DNA of 64,000 nucleotides from the human T2T-CHM13v2.0 reference genome, Homo sapiens. Under the pieces are notes generated by a model. It was not told the DNA's origin, did no database searches, and saw only the letters and a program-made list of their open reading frames with translations. The stretch lies in NCBI RefSeq assembly GCF_009914755.1, contig NC_060934.1; one strand, written 5' to 3'. The position numbers and the translations under genes are program-made. Positions 13,236-27,929 of this stretch are shown one piece after another; position 1 is the first letter of the stretch, and the number at the start of each line of letters is the position of its first letter.

Positions 13236-15741
13236 TTGCTGTTAAACACAGATTCCCAGGCCCCCTTCAGACCACTGGAACCAGAATCCTAGGGGTGAGT
13301 CAGGAAGGAGGCTGTCTCTCTAGCTCCTTGGGGACTTGGTGCCCACTGAGATGTGGCCTCTAGGATCCAGACCAGGTGGCACATGCCTTATAACTCTGCC
13401 TTCCTGGAGAAGCGCCTCTCAGCCTCTGCTGCTCATCCTCAGCATGCTCCCTCAGTGTGGCTGATGTTGCTTCTCCTTACATTTCCCTCCACCCCCTCGT
13501 TATTTCCCTGCTATCAGCTCGGCCTGTCTTGCTTACCAGAATAACTGTCATGGCGTCCAATGGTAATGTTTTTTCCAAAAGTCACAGTTTCACATTATCC
13601 ACTTGAGAAATGTGGTATTTTATTTGTGGTTGGCTGTTCTAGCCTAGGGGTCAACAGAGAAGGGTGCAGGTAGAAAGCAGGAGCCAGGGTGCAGAAATCA
13701 GCAAGTATCCCAGGAAAAATCCCAGTAGAACAGAACAATATTCAAGAAAAGAATGCAAAACTTTCTCAAACATTTAACACCTTGGGATCACGGCTCTAAT
13801 CAAAAAATTTTAAATCCTCATTGGGGATGAGGGCTGGGAATCACAGCCAGTGTGGTATGTGTTCTTTTCTGACTGACAAAGGAATCTGAGGCCTTTGGTC
13901 CAGCAGAGAAAATGCCGGGCTCAGCGAGTTTCCACAGTGGAAGCAATTTGGAAGTGGTTTGGAGATCAATTCCCTGCCCAAAAGGTCTAAACAAACCCAA
14001 ACCAGGGCTTTTTACACAAATGATTAGAAATGAAAGCAAAATTTTCATCAAAGCAAAGGTGTGCATGCAAGATATTGGCCCCTTGGTGTCATTTGAAGGA
14101 AATTAATGTGGAGGGCCAAAGAGATGGAGTCTGCAATATGCAATGCTCCAGAGACCTGCCTGTGAGTTTGTTCCTAGTGTAGCAGAAATAAATGCTCCCA
14201 GCAAACCTTCAGGGAGAAACGAGACATGTGCATAAGTAAGATTAATCAGTAAAGCTAGCATCCACCTAATGAGTCATCTTTGACATCATAAAACTTGAAA
14301 AATACAAGGTTGTGGCCTGTCAGATCTCTGTACTCTCAGCAAAAGCAAAACAGTCCTGCCTTAGTGCACAGCTCAAGTGGCTCTTGAGCACACTGGGCTC
14401 AGCAGAGAGGAAATGATAGAAAAATGGCTGCATTCTGGGTTTTATTGACTTAACGTGTGAGGAGACAGGATGGAGTGCTGAGGTAAAGAAAAATGAAGGT
14501 GTAGGGCTCATGCACCTTCACCCTTCAGGAAGCCTCCTTCTTTCTATCCCAAAGAAGCCCCCAGGGGGACTGTGTTTCCGTCTGAACAAACCATCCCTCG
14601 GGGTTTTTCTGGAACACAGCTCCAACTTCCAGGAGGCTAGGAGCAGAAGGGGTGCAGAGCATCCCACACACACCAGGCTGCTCCACCTTTAGATGCAGGT
14701 CTAGCACTGGTGCGTTCAGGGCCTGCTTGCTCCGGAGGCTGCTCTGCGTCCTTGCACATCACATTTTCATCTCGTGCCTTGGTAGTTCTGCATTCTTTGT
14801 ATTATTCCCACTTTTCAGATGGACAAGCTGAAGTTCTAAGTCATGCAGCAGGTACTATGTGAAGCTGAGATTCTGGGCTCAGATGTTGGCTCTTAGCAGA
14901 ACCTCCATGAGGTGAGATCTTTAGAAGTTTCTGGGCCCACAGAAGAATGTTGGAACGGCCTTCCGTCCACCCATGCTGCCAGTTCTCTGCCCCATCTGTT
15001 ATCAGGTCTTGCGAGCCAGCCCCCAGCTGGAATCAGCTCTGCTTCTCTGCCATCTACCCAAACCTGCTCATATACCTCTTTTACTGCCCTTGTACCTGAA
15101 CATCTCTTCATGTCCCTGAAGAGATCTAGGTTTCTGCCACCTAGCCATCAAAACGCAAATCTCTAATCCTGGGAAATCAGATGGTTACAAGCAAGTCAGA
15201 CTGTGGCTGCCTGACCATACACTCCCCTGGAACTTCCCAGTTTTGAAACCTTTCTTTAAACATTTGGGATGCTGAAACCCACCTTCCCCTGATTGACCGA
15301 TTCCATCCAGATGGGCGACAGCAGGCCCCAAGAGCCCTAAACAGTTCCTCCGTGGTTAGAGCCTTATGAAAGAACATCTGGGCCCCTCTGCTGTGCACAG
15401 CCAGATTCCATGGGAGCAGCGTCCTCCCTGCAGCGACCATACCACCTGGCACCACTGCTGGCCTGCAACCTGCACCCAGAACACACAAGCCTCAGGCAGC
15501 TGGCTGCCTGGCTTATTCCACAAGACTCACTGGCAGCATCCCACAGCCTGGACACACAGCACCCTGCCCCGAGTGGCTGATCCTGACAGCCTTCAGCAAG
15601 GGGAAGATCAGGCCCTCCCTCTCAGGCCATTGACGTGCTTCCGGTGTAGCACTCAGGGAACTAGAGGTGAGGTTTCTGGGACTCTTCCTCATTATAGCCA
15701 TTGAGTGTGCATCTGGCAACACACTTGGACGGGTGCCCTGG

Positions 15742-16371
15742 TGTTACTGGTGGGAGGTGTCTAGGTTCTTGGTGTTTTGAACAAAGAATTGGACAAAATG
15801 CACAAAGCAAGGACAGAACGAAGCAACAAAAGCAGAGATTTATTGAAAATGAAAGTATACTCCACAGGGTGGGAGTGGTCCTGAGTACAGAGGATCAAGC
15901 GTGCCTTTACAGAATTTTCTGGGATTTAAATACCCTCCAGAGGTTTCCCATTGGTTACTTGGTGTATACCCTAGATAAATGAAATAGTGGCCTGCAATCA
16001 CTATGATTGGCTGTGGAAAGCAACCAATCAGAGACTGAAGTGAAATTACAAAGTTACACTCCTATGCAAATGTCTGATCAGTTGAAGAAAGCAAATGCCT
16101 ATAGTCCCAGCTACTCGGAATGGCTTGAGCCTGGGAGGTTGAGGCTGCAGTGAGCCCTGTAGAAAGCAACCGATCAGACTTACTTTCAATTTTCCATCTC
16201 CCACGCAGACAAAGAGTGGGGTGGAGCAGGGGCAGGTTGCAAAGGGCATAGCCTCCAGTCCTTTTGTTACTTAGGCGTGAAAAGTTTTGGTTTTCCTTTT
16301 TATTTAGTTCTAGGAAGTCAGCGTGAATTGGCCTTAGGTCCCCTGCCTCCAGACCCTATTCTTCTGCCTCA
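15742..16371 (-). mobile_element. MER51-family solo LTR with an internal Alu-derived insert
   Basis: Reverse strand starts TGAGGCAGAAGAATAGGGTCTGGAGGCAGGGG; repeated CCAAT motifs; 4-bp TSD CTGG. Confidence 0.85.
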
Positions 16372-16441
16372 CTGGCTCAGTCCCAGAGTCTTGTGCATCC
16401 CTATGAGCTAGTTAATCTATCTGAGCCTTGTTTCCGAATCC

Positions 16442-16990
16442 TTCACTCATTCAATGAGCATTTACTGTGCCTACCATGGGCCTGCACTGTTCTAGCCACT
16501 GAGGATATAGCAGCAAAGAACAAAGATGCAATCTCTGTTTTCTTGGCACATATATTTTAGTAGAGAAAGAAAAATGATAAATGAGTAAGCAAATAAATAA
16601 ATGCAACATAGTCAGACAGTGACAAATGCCTTGAGCAAAAGAGGAGAGTTCTGTGACAGAGGAACTGTGGCTGGTCAGATGAGGGGGACTTGGTTAGAGC
16701 GGCCAGGGAAGGTGGCTCTGAGGAGTGGTCTTTGAGGTGAGGCCTGGTCACCAAGAGGAAGCCAGCGTGGGAAGACCTAGAGTGAGGTGCGAGGAGCGAG
16801 AAGCAGAGGTCAGAGGGACTTGGGTTCAAGGACCAGAAGAGGGTGAATGGACAGAGCGGGTGGGAATGATCCGAGGCCGATCTGGGGCCGAGATGTGAGT
16901 CAGGCTGGATTGCGCAGGGCCAGGGCCTGCAAGGTCCCTGTTTAAACTGCATTCTAGTCTTACTACAAAACCACTGGATGGTTTTCGGTA
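16442..16990 (-). mobile_element. L2 3' fragment
   Basis: ttcactcattcaatgagcatttactgtgcctac... L2 tail. Confidence 0.7.
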
Positions 16991-17402
16991 AGAAAACCTA
17001 TACGGTAAACCCCTGTAGCATGTTACTGTATTTAATACTGTAAGCAACTATAGCACATGGTACGTATCTGTGTAACTAAACATGAAAAGATACAGTAAAA
17101 ACACAGTAAAAAGATACAAAATGGCACACCTGGATAGGACACTTACTGTGAATGGAGCTTGCAAGACTGGAAGTTGGTCTGAATGGGTTAGTGAGTAGTG
17201 AGTGAATGTGAAGACCTAGGTGTTATTGTATACCATAAACTTTACAAACACTGTACACTTAAACTACACTAGATTTCCTTCACATTTTTTTGCTTCAATA
17301 ATAAATTAACTTTAGTTTATGTCAACTTTTTTGCTTTATAAACTTTAAATTTTTAAGAAACTTTGATTTTTGTAATAACACTTAGCTTAAAACACAAACA
17401 CA

Positions 17403-17679
17403 GCCGGGGCAGTGGCCTTTGTATTTGATCATGCTTGCAATCCTAGCACTTTGGGAGGCTAGAGTGGGTGGCTTGAGCCCAGGAGTTTGAGATCACCCTG
17501 GCCAACATAGTGAAACTCTGTCTCTACAAAATATACATAATTAGCTGGGCGTGGTGGCAAATGCCTATAATCCCAGCTACTTGGGATGGCTTGAGCCTGG
17601 GAGGTTGAGGCTGCTGTGAGCCCTGATACTGCCAGCCTGGGCAACAGAGCGAGACCCTGTCTCAAAAAAAAAAAAAAAA
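17403..17679 (+). mobile_element. AluJ with internal deletions
   Basis: Alu dimer plus polyA; right arm lacks ~16 nt after cccagctactt. Confidence 0.9.
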
Positions 17680-18117
17680 CCACTTTGTATACCTGTACAG
17701 AAATATTTTCTTTCTTTATATTTTTATTCTATAAGCATTTATCTATTTTTAATTTTTTTGTTTTACTTTTTAAATGTTTTTATTAAAAGTGAAGAAACAA
17801 ACACACACGGCAGCCTAAGCCTACGCGGGGTCAGGATCATCAATATCACCGTCTTCCACCTCTACATCATGTCCTACCAGACAGTCTTCCGGGGTAGTAA
17901 CACACCTGGAGGTTTCGTCTCCTATGATGACAAGGCCTTCTTCTAGAGTACCTCCAGAAGGCCCTGCCTGAGGCCATTTTACATTTAACTGGTTTTTTTT
18001 TTTTAAGTAGAAGTACATTCTAAAATAATGATTATAGTACAGTAAGTACATAAACCAGTAACACAGTTGTTTATTATCATTATCAAGTATAAGGTACTGT
18101 ACATAATTCTGTAATCC

Positions 18118-18400
18118 TTTTTTTTTTTTTGAGATGGGGTCTTGCTGGGGAATGCAATGGTGCAATCATAGCTCACTGCACTCTCCAATTCCTAGGTTTA
18201 ACCAATCCTCCCACGTCAGCCTCCTGAGTAGCTGAGACTATAAGCATGTACCACCATGCCTGGCTAATTTTTTTTCCTTTTATAAAAATGGGGTCTCACT
18301 GTGTTGCCCAGGCTGGTCTCAAACTCCTGGCCTTAAGCAATCCTCCCACCTCAGCCTCCCAAAACGTTGGCATTACAGGCATGAGGCACTGTACCTGGCC
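18118..18400 (-). mobile_element. AluJ element
   Basis: PolyT plus antisense Alu. Confidence 0.9.
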
Positions 18401-18955
18401 CTGTTCAATACTTTTATACGACTGGCAGCACAGCAGGTTTATTTACACAAGCATCACCATAAACGTGCAAGCAATACGTTGCGCTATGAAGTTATCACAG
18501 CTACGATGTCACTAGGCAATAGGAATTTTTCAGGTCCATTATAATCTTATGGGACCACTGTCATCTGTGTGGTCCCTCATGGACCAAGACATCATCATGT
18601 GACACGTGACTGTATGTGGATGGCACATGAATCACGAGACCAGATAAGAGTACCTTGAGGCGACGTGTAAAGGGAGAAGACAGGCCAAGCTCTGGGGCCT
18701 CTACCATGGAGAGGACAAGCACAAGCAACCACCAAAGGAGACTGAGAAAGAACAGGCCACTGGGGTAGGAGGAAAACTGGGAATGAGAGAACGCACGAAA
18801 ACCAAGAAAGGAGATGTGTCAAGAAGCAGGGAGGGGTTTGATGTGTTTATCCCACACACTGCCTAGGACCACTTTAAAAACTAAACAAAGTAAGAGCTCC
18901 TATGGGGCATGATGGGGCATGCCCTCTGCGCCACCATTATTATTATTCAAAGTTA

Positions 18956-19648
<693 letters not shown>

Positions 19649-20156
19649 TTGCCAGTGACTTTTAACAAAAGAAAGAGCAATATGGCATCATTTCTCTCAT
19701 GAAATCTAATTGGAATTGCAGAATACCAAGAAAATTCTAATGAAGTTCTAGAAGGATCAAATGGGAGAAGAAAATGAAGAAAAAGAAGAAAAAGTTTACA
19801 AACATCATGCCTGAGGGCAAGAATTTTCCCTAAGGATGCAGAAAACCGGTTGCCAGAGGAAGTGCAGAGGATCATCCCAACCTCATGAGGACATCAGACC
19901 CCAACATCACCTAGTTAGTCCTGGCTGCACATTGGATGATAAAAGGGATTATCTTATAAAGTAGTGGTTCAGCAGAAAGAACTGAGTAACTTTGGGTTTA
20001 TTTATGAAAGAGCAGGCAGTATGAAACCATTGTTTCAAAAGGTAAAACAATCCAGTCATTTCTAAACATCTCTATGCTTCTCCATGTCTTGAACAAGCCA
20101 CAGTTAAACAGAGCTGCATGACAATGATGAGCTTCTCTGGTACTTGACTCTGCATG

Positions 20157-20177
20157 TTGTGTGTGTGTGTGTGTGTA

Positions 20178-20210
<33 letters not shown>

Positions 20211-20235
20211 AAAAGAGAGAGACAGAGAGAGAGAA
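20157..20235. repeat. (TG)n(GA)n compound microsatellite
   Basis: Directly visible. Confidence 0.95.
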
Positions 20236-20904
20236 AGGTACAGAGATTCCCATATAACCCCTTCCCCAACACATGTACAGCCTTTCCCTTGTCAACATCT
20301 TCCCCCACCATTTATTGTAATTGATAAATGGCAGTGACACATCATTGTCACCCAAAATCCACAGTTTACATCAGGGTTCACGCTTGGTGTTATATATTCT
20401 ATGGGTTTTTGTAAGTGTATAATGGCATGTACCCATCATTACAGTGTCACATAGTGACACAGAGTTATATCACTACCCTGAAAATCCTCTGTGCTCTGCC
20501 TGTTCATCCTTCCCTGCCACCAACCCCTAGCAACCACCAAACTTTTTACTATCTCCACAGTTTTGCCTTTTTCTGAGCATCATATGAACGGAATCATACA
20601 GTATGTAGCCTTTTCAGAGTGGCTTCTTTCTCTTAGTAATATGCATTTGAGATTTCTCTATGTCTTTTCATGACTTGATAGCTCATTTCTTCTTAGTGCT
20701 AAATAATATTCCATTGTCTGGATGTACCACAGCTAATCCATCCACCTACTGAAGGACATCTTGATTGCTTCCAATTTATAAATAAAACTGCTATGAACAT
20801 CCATGTGGTAATGCTTTTTCAACTCCTTTGGGTGAATAGAATACGAAGGAGCACAGTTACTGGGTTGTCTGGTATATTTAGCTTTGTGAGACACCACCAA
20901 GCTG

Positions 20905-21015
20905 GGCCTGGCACAGTAACTCATGCCTGTAACCCCAGCGTTTGGGGAGGCTAAGGTGAGGGGAAGGCTTGAGGCCAGGAGTTTGAGAGCAGCCTGAAAT
21001 TAAATTTTTTTTTCA
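20905..21015 (+). mobile_element. Alu left monomer (FLAM-like)
   Basis: ggcctggcacagtaactcatgcctgtaacccc...gaggccaggagttt. Confidence 0.7.
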
Positions 21016-21029
21016 AAAAGGAAACCACC

Positions 21030-21449
21030 TGTCTTAAGCCATTCTTGTATTGCTGTAAAGAAATGCCTGAGGCTGGGTAATTTGTAAAGAAAAGAGGTTT
21101 TAATTGGCTCACAGTTCTGCAGCTGTACAGGAAGCACCACCTACTGGCACCATCATTTGCTTAGCTTCTGGGGAGGCCTCAGGGAGCTTTTACTCATGGT
21201 CGAAAGCAAAGCTGGAGCAGCCCCTTCACATAGTCAGAGCAGGAGCAAGAGAGAGGGGGGGTGGGGGAGGTGCCACATACTTTTAAACAACCAGATCTCA
21301 TGAGTGCTCACTTACTATCACAAGGACACCACCAAGCCACAAGCGATTCACCCTCATGGTCCAAATACCTCCCACCAGGCCCCACCTCCAACACTGGGGT
21401 TTACAACTCAACATGAGATTTGGGCGGGACATATATCCAAACTATATCA
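21030..21449 (-). mobile_element. MST-family MaLR LTR
   Basis: attgctgtaaagaaatgcctgaggctgggtaatt...ccaaactatatca. Confidence 0.85.
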
Positions 21450-21480
21450 CAAACAAACTGCCTTCCAAAGTGCCTGCTCT

Positions 21481-21770
21481 GGCTGGGCATGGTGGTTCAT
21501 ACCTGTAATCCCAGCAATTCAGGAGGCCGAGGCAGGCAGATCACTTGAGGTCAATTCGAGAATAGCCTGGCCAACATGCTGAAATCCTGTCTGTACTAAA
21601 AATACAAAAATTAGCCCGGCGTGGTGGCACAAGCCAGTAATCCCAGCTACTGAGGCAGGAGAATTGCTTGAACCTGGGAGGCGGAGGTTGCGGTGAGCCA
21701 AGATTGCACCACTGCACTCCAGCCTGGGAGACAGAGCAAGACTCTGTCTCAAAAAAAAAAAAAAAGAAAA
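21481..21770 (+). mobile_element. AluS element
   Basis: Alu dimer plus polyA. Confidence 0.93.
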
Positions 21771-23091
21771 ACAAAGTGCTTGTTCCATGTTGCATCCCTA
21801 CCTGCAACGAATGAGAGTTCCTGTTGATCCACCTCCTCACCAGCATTGGGTGTTGCTATGTTCTGAAGATTTGCCGTTCTAGTAGGTGCATAGTAGTCAA
21901 AACCAGATTTTGAAATGAAGTAACAAGGAACATATTTACCCTCCCACTTGGAACAATAAAAGATCCAGTCAAAATATATGAAACCACGGACTTCAACACA
22001 TTGGACATCAGGCAATGAAGGACGGGAATTCCCGAAAGACGGGGAAAATGAGGTGAACACTAGGTTCCTCAGCTCAGAACCTTGAGAGAGTTTCTAGCCT
22101 GCCGGGGGTGGGGCGGGGTGGAGGGCGCGCCAAGTAGAACTGGAAGACTGGTTTGAGAACATGGAGCTGAGAGCCTGGAGCAACTAAGCTAGAGTTCATA
22201 GGACAGAGAGCCAAAGAAGAGAGCACTGAAGAGAGCAAAGAGAGAGGTTTAGAGCATTTAGCAGAGTACTGATCGGCATGTGTGTGTAAGGAAATTACCC
22301 AGCTATGGGGAAAGAATTATCCAAAATGATAAGAAGGAGCAATGCCCCCTGCTCACGCTGAGACAGGAATAGTGCCTTTTCCTACCAGGCCAACTGGAAA
22401 ACCTCATGCTTTCACAGTAGGAGACTCAGGAACGTCTTGCCTCAGTAGTGCAAAATAATCAGACTGAGACTGGGCACTGAGCCACACCCACCAAACAAAT
22501 CATAAATCAAGACTTAAAAGATCAAGCTGACTCTGAATTAACTGCATTCCAGAACAAAGCTCTAGAAGATTTATAGGAATGGAAAATATTCAGCATCCAG
22601 TAAGGCAAACTCTCTTTTTTGACATCCAAAAAAAAAAAAAGAAAGGATTACCAGGCATTCACAGAGGCAGGAAAACATGACCATAATTAGAATAAGGAAG
22701 TTATTTTTTAAAAAGACCCAAGTGAAATTCCTGAGATGAAAACTACTTTCATGGGATTAATGGCTGGGATTAATGGCAGAATAGGCACTGTAGAAGAAAA
22801 GATTATTGAACTTAAAAACACTGTAATAAAAACTCCCCAAAATGAAGAGAAAAATAAATTTTAAAAATAAAAAGAATATCAGTGAGTTTTAGGACAACTT
22901 TAAGCATCTTAATAAATGTGTAACTGGAGTCTCTGAAAGGGCAGGGTCAGGCAGAAAATATTTGAGAAATAATGGCTGAAAAGATTCCAAAGCTGATGAA
23001 AACTATGAATGCACAGATTCATGAAGCTCGCCAAACCCCAAGCTTAAGAAACATGAAGAAAACTACACCAAGGCATATTATAATTGAATTG

Positions 23092-23170
23092 CTTGCAGTG
23101 AGCCCAGATCACGCCACTGCACTCCAGCCTGAGCGACAGAGCGAGACTCCATCTCAAAAAAACAAAAAAA
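23092..23170 (+). mobile_element. Alu 3' fragment within L1 ORF1
   Basis: ttgcagtgagcccagatcacgccactgcactccagcctg...polyA. Confidence 0.85.
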
Positions 23171-23683
23171 ACAGTGATAAAGAGAAGATCTTAAAAGCAA
23201 CCAGAAGAAAAAGACATGGTATGTACAGAGAACAAAGATAAGGACAACTGTAGTTTTCTCTTTGGAAACGGTGCAAGCAGAAACACAGTGGAAATATCTT
23301 TAAGCACTGATAGAAAAAAATAATAATTTCAATTTCTAAACGCCCCCACAAATCTTTCCAAAAGAAAGGTGACATAAAGACTTTTCCAACATATGAAAGC
23401 TGAAAGAATTCATCATGAGTAGACACAAACTGCAAGAAACAGTAATGGAAATTCTTCAAGCAGAAGTAAAATTATACCAAAGAGAAATCTGGATATACAC
23501 AAAGAACTGAAGAGCACCAGAAATAGTGACTACATGAATAAATGTGTAAGACTTTTTTACTATTTAATTTGCTTTAAAATATAAATTGTTTAAACAAAAT
23601 AATGACAATGTATTGTGTAAAATGTGACAACAACATAAAGGCCAGAGGGAGAGAGTACCATAGAAGAATCTTAGACTATATGT

Positions 23684-23868
23684 CAGAGTTTCTCAAACAC
23701 AGCACCATTGACATTTTGGGCCAGATAATTTTCCACTGTGAAAAACTATCCTGTGCATCGTAGGATTTTAGCAGGATCCCTGGCTTCTACCCACTAAAGG
23801 CCCCTAGTCCCTGCATATCGTCAATAATCCTCTGGAAGACAAAATTGTTCCCAGCTGAAAATCAATGC
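23684..23868. mobile_element. MER20-like hAT MITE
   Basis: tttctcaaac...cattgacattttgggccagataatt...tgtaggatttttagcag-like motifs. Confidence 0.7.
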
Positions 23869-25860
23869 TATATGTGGAAAGGTTTAATATCACTTGACAA
23901 TAGATGGTGATAAGTTAAAAATATACATAATAAATTCTAGAGCAAGTACTAAAATAATGAAATAAAGAGATAATAGGCCAACAGATAAAATAAAATTGAG
24001 CATTAGAAAACATTCAATCCAAAGAAGGCATAAAAAGAGTTTAAAAGAACACATTAGATGGGATACACAGAAAACAAGGAAGGGTGACAGTCTTAAACCT
24101 AACCATGTTCAAAAAATCACATTAGATGTATATGGTTTAAATACCCAATTAAAAGGTAGAGAGTGTCAAACTGAATAAAAAATCAATACTAAATGACATG
24201 CTGCCTAAAACAAATGCACTTTAAACATGAAGACAGAAACAGATTAAGAGTCAGGATGGAAAAAAAGATATATAACACTAACACCAGTCAAAGAAAGCTA
24301 CAGTGGCTGTATCAACATAAGACAAAGACTTCAGAGCAAAAAATAATATTAGGGATGAGGAAGGTCATTTCATAAAGACAAAGGGGTCAATTTCCCAAGA
24401 GGACATAATAATAATAAATATGTATGCCCCTAATAAGGGAGCTTCAGAATCACGAAGTAAAAGCTGATAGAACTATAATGAAAAGTAGCCAGATCTACAG
24501 TTATGAATATTAATACTCTTCCTCAATAATTGATAGAATAAGCAGGCAGGAAATCAGCAAAGATATAGTAGAGTTAAATATTCTCAATCAACATGACCTG
24601 TTTGACACTTATGGAATGCTCCATGGCAAAGTGTTCTTTCTTCTCCAGTGGTTGCAGAACATTTACTAAGATATTCTGGGAAACAAAATTGGTCTCAATA
24701 AATCCCAAAATATTCCAGTCATATAAACTATGTTCTCCCAACAAAATGGAATTAAATTAAGAACCAATATCAGAAAGATGTCTGTAAACCTTCCAAATAT
24801 TTGGAAATTATATAACAAACTTCTAAATAATCTGTGGGTCCAGAAGAAAGCAAAGAGAAGGTAGAAACTATCTTGAATTTAATAAAAATGAAAGCACAAC
24901 TTATCAGAATTTTGGGGATGCCAGTAAAACAGTACCTAGTGGGTAAGAAAAGTCTCAAATCAGTGACCTCAGTTTTCATTTTAAGAAAGTAGAAACTTTT
25001 AATATGGGTCAAATTAAATTCAAAGCCAAAGAAAAGGAAAGAATAAGGATCAATGGAGAAGTCAATTACCATTGAAAACAGAAAAACAGAGAGAAAATGA
25101 AACCAAAAGCTGGTTCTCTAGGAAGATCAGTAACCTTGGTAAACTTCTAGCCAAGCTGATCAGGAAAAATGAGAGAAGACACAAATTACCAAGGTTAGAA
25201 ATAGGAATGCTGATATCAGTATAGATTATACAGCTATTAAAACAATAATAAGAGAATATTATGAACAACTTTATGCCAATAAATTCATGACCTAGATTAA
25301 GTGGACAGATTCTGGACAAATTTTGGCTATATTTCTGCTATTGCCTTATCATTTTTCAACTTCTAAATGTTGGAGCACACAAGATTGCCTTCGGCAATGT
25401 TCTCTTTTCAGCCCAACCAGCAAATAGGTCCCCAAAAATCACAGGGAAATTTGAGATGAAAACGTAAACATAACATATAAAAACTTATGGGATGCAGAAA
25501 ACACAGTGCTCAGAGAGAAATATACAACCATACATACCTACATTAAAAGAGAAGAAAGATATCAAATCAACAACTTAACTGTGTGCATTAAATAACTACA
25601 AAAATCAGAGCAAACCAAACGCAAACCTAACAGAAGAAAGGAAATAATAAATACAAAGCAGATGAAATAGAAACAAAAAAACAACAGAGAGAATCAACAA
25701 AACAAGAAGTTGCTTATTTGAAAGTAAAATACTAAGAAACCTTTAGCTAGACTGAGTAAAAGAGACAACGCAAATACTTAAAATGAGAAATGAAAATGGG
25801 TACATTACTACTGCTTTACAGAAATAGTAAGGATTACAAAATAATACTATAAACAACTGT

Positions 25861-26216
25861 TGTATTAGTCCATTTTCACACTGCTGTAAAGAATACCTGA
25901 GACTGGGTAATTTACAAAGGAAAGAGGTTTAATTTACTCACAGTTCCACATGGCTAGGGAGGCCTCAGGCTTACAATCGTGGCAGAAGAGGAAACAGAAG
26001 CGAGTACCTTCTTAGAAAGATGGCAGGAGAGAGAGCGGGCAAAGGGGGAAGAGCCCCTTATGAAACCATCAGATCTCGTGAGAACACACTCACTACGATG
26101 AGAACAGCATGGGGGAAACTGCCCCCCACGATCCAATCACCTCCCACCAGGTCCCTCCCTCAACACGTGGATTACAGTTCGAGATTTGGATGGGGACACA
26201 GAGCCAAACCATATCA
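25861..26216 (-). mobile_element. THE1/MST MaLR LTR
   Basis: tgtattagtccattttcacactgctg...gagccaaaccatatca. Confidence 0.88.
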
Positions 26217-26920
26217 GTTGTACACCAACAAATTTGATAACCTGAATGAATGGGACAGATTGAAATTACCAAATTATCAAAACAGGCTCACGAAGATCTC
26301 ACAACAACAATCTACATAATCAACAGAACTATAAGAAGAAAAGAGATTGAATCAGTAATCAAAAACCTCCCAAAAAAGAAAAGCCCAGGACCATCACCAT
26401 ATTCACTAGTGAATTCTACAAAATATTTTAGGAAGAATTAATACCTTTTTTCAAAATCTTCTCCCCAAAATAGAAAGGACACCTCCTAACTCATTCTATG
26501 AGGTCATATTTATCCTGATACCAAAGTCAAACAGACAACACCCTACAAGAAGAGAAAACCACAGATCAATATTCCTTAGGAATACAAATGCAAAACTCTC
26601 AACACTAGTAAACTAAACCCAAATGCATGTTAAAAGAAATATACACCATGACCATATGCAATATATGCAAGGGATGCAAGAATGTTTCAACAAGAAAATT
26701 AAGCAATGTAATAAACAACATTATGAGAATAAATGGGAAAAAAAACCACATGATCATCTCAGTTGATGAAGAAAACACATTTCACCAAATCTGACACCCT
26801 TGCATGATAACAACACTAAGAAAACTAGGAATAGAAAGGAACTTCCTCAAAATAATAAAAGGCATTTATGAAAAAACAACAGCTAACATCATAATGGTGA
26901 TAAACTGAAAACTTCTCCCC

Positions 26921-27316
26921 TGCTGTGGTTTAAATGCATGTGTCACTTTCAAATACATATGTTGGAACTTAACACCCAAAGTGGTGATATTAAGAGGTGA
27001 GGTCCTTGGGGTGATTAGGCCATAAGGGATCCAGTCTCATGAATGGGATTAATGACCTTATGAAAGGGCTTGAGGGAAAGAGTTTCTCCCTTCAGCTCCT
27101 CCCACCATGTGGGGACAGAGCAATTGTCCCCTCTGGACAATGCAGCGACATGGCACCATCTTGGAAACAGACAGTGAGCCCCTACCAGACACCAAATTTG
27201 CTAGTGTCTTGATCTTGGACTTCCCAGCTTCCAGAAGTATAAGAAATAAATTTCTGTTCTTTATAAATTACCCAGTCTAAACTGTTTTGTTATTCTAGCT
27301 TGAATGGACAAAGGCA
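26921..27316 (+). mobile_element. MaLR LTR (MST/MLT1A-like)
   Basis: tgctgtggtttaaatg...cttggacttcccagcttccagaa...aataaatttctgttctttataaattacccagtc. Confidence 0.8.
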
Positions 27317-27929
27317 CCCTCAAAATCAGGAACAAGACAAGGAGCACCTTTTCTTCTCCCTCTTTTGCCACTGCTATTCAGCATTGTCCTAGAATTTCTA
27401 GCCAGAGCAAATAGGAAAGAAAAAGAAATAAAAGTTATCCAAGTTGGAAAAGAAGAAGTAAAACTATACCTATTCATAGGTGGCATAATTCTATACATAA
27501 GAAATCCCAAATAAATGAATGCAGCAAAGTGTAGGATACAAGATCAACACACAAAAATCAGTGGTATTTTAAACACCAGCAATGAACAATCTGAAAAGAA
27601 AACTAAGGAAACATTCCGCTATGATTAAATGCTCCTCCTCTCTAACACTATGTTGAAACTTAATGCAACAGTATTAAGATGTGGGGCCTTTTAGAGGTGA
27701 TTGTGTCGTGAGGGCTCTGCCATTAACCACTAATAGGTTAATAGGTTAATGAGCTATTACAGGGGTGGGTTAGTTATGACGAGAGTGAGTCTGTTATAAA
27801 AGCCAGTTTGGCATGCTCTAGCTCCCTCTCCATGTGATGCCCAGTGCTGCCGCAAAATTCTGCGGAGTCCACACCAGCAAGAAGATCCTCACCAGATGTA
27901 GCCTCCAGAACAGTAAGAAAATCCAGCAA

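Larger units (their letters stand above)
17000..18612. mobile_element. Tigger3 (Golem)-type DNA transposon, split by two AluJ insertions
   Basis: Tigger3-like body; terminal ...catcatcatgtgacacgtgactg|ta. Confidence 0.75.
20236..21895 (-). mobile_element. Old L1M 3' end, interrupted by an Alu monomer, an MST LTR and an Alu
   Basis: Antisense L1M 3' UTR/ORF2-end motifs (ggaatcatacagtatgtag; ttccattgtctggatgtaccac). Confidence 0.75.
21900..25320 (+). mobile_element. Degenerate L1M 5' part (ORF1 and ORF2 endonuclease region)
   Basis: ORF 22972-23241 contains L1 ORF1-like KKTTPRHIII...KEKILKATR; A-rich L1 ORF2-like sequence follows. Confidence 0.8.

Noticed and set aside
14240-14285. AP-1 (TGAGTCA) plus TAAT motifs
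   Set aside because: Short motifs are common; no independent evidence for an enhancer
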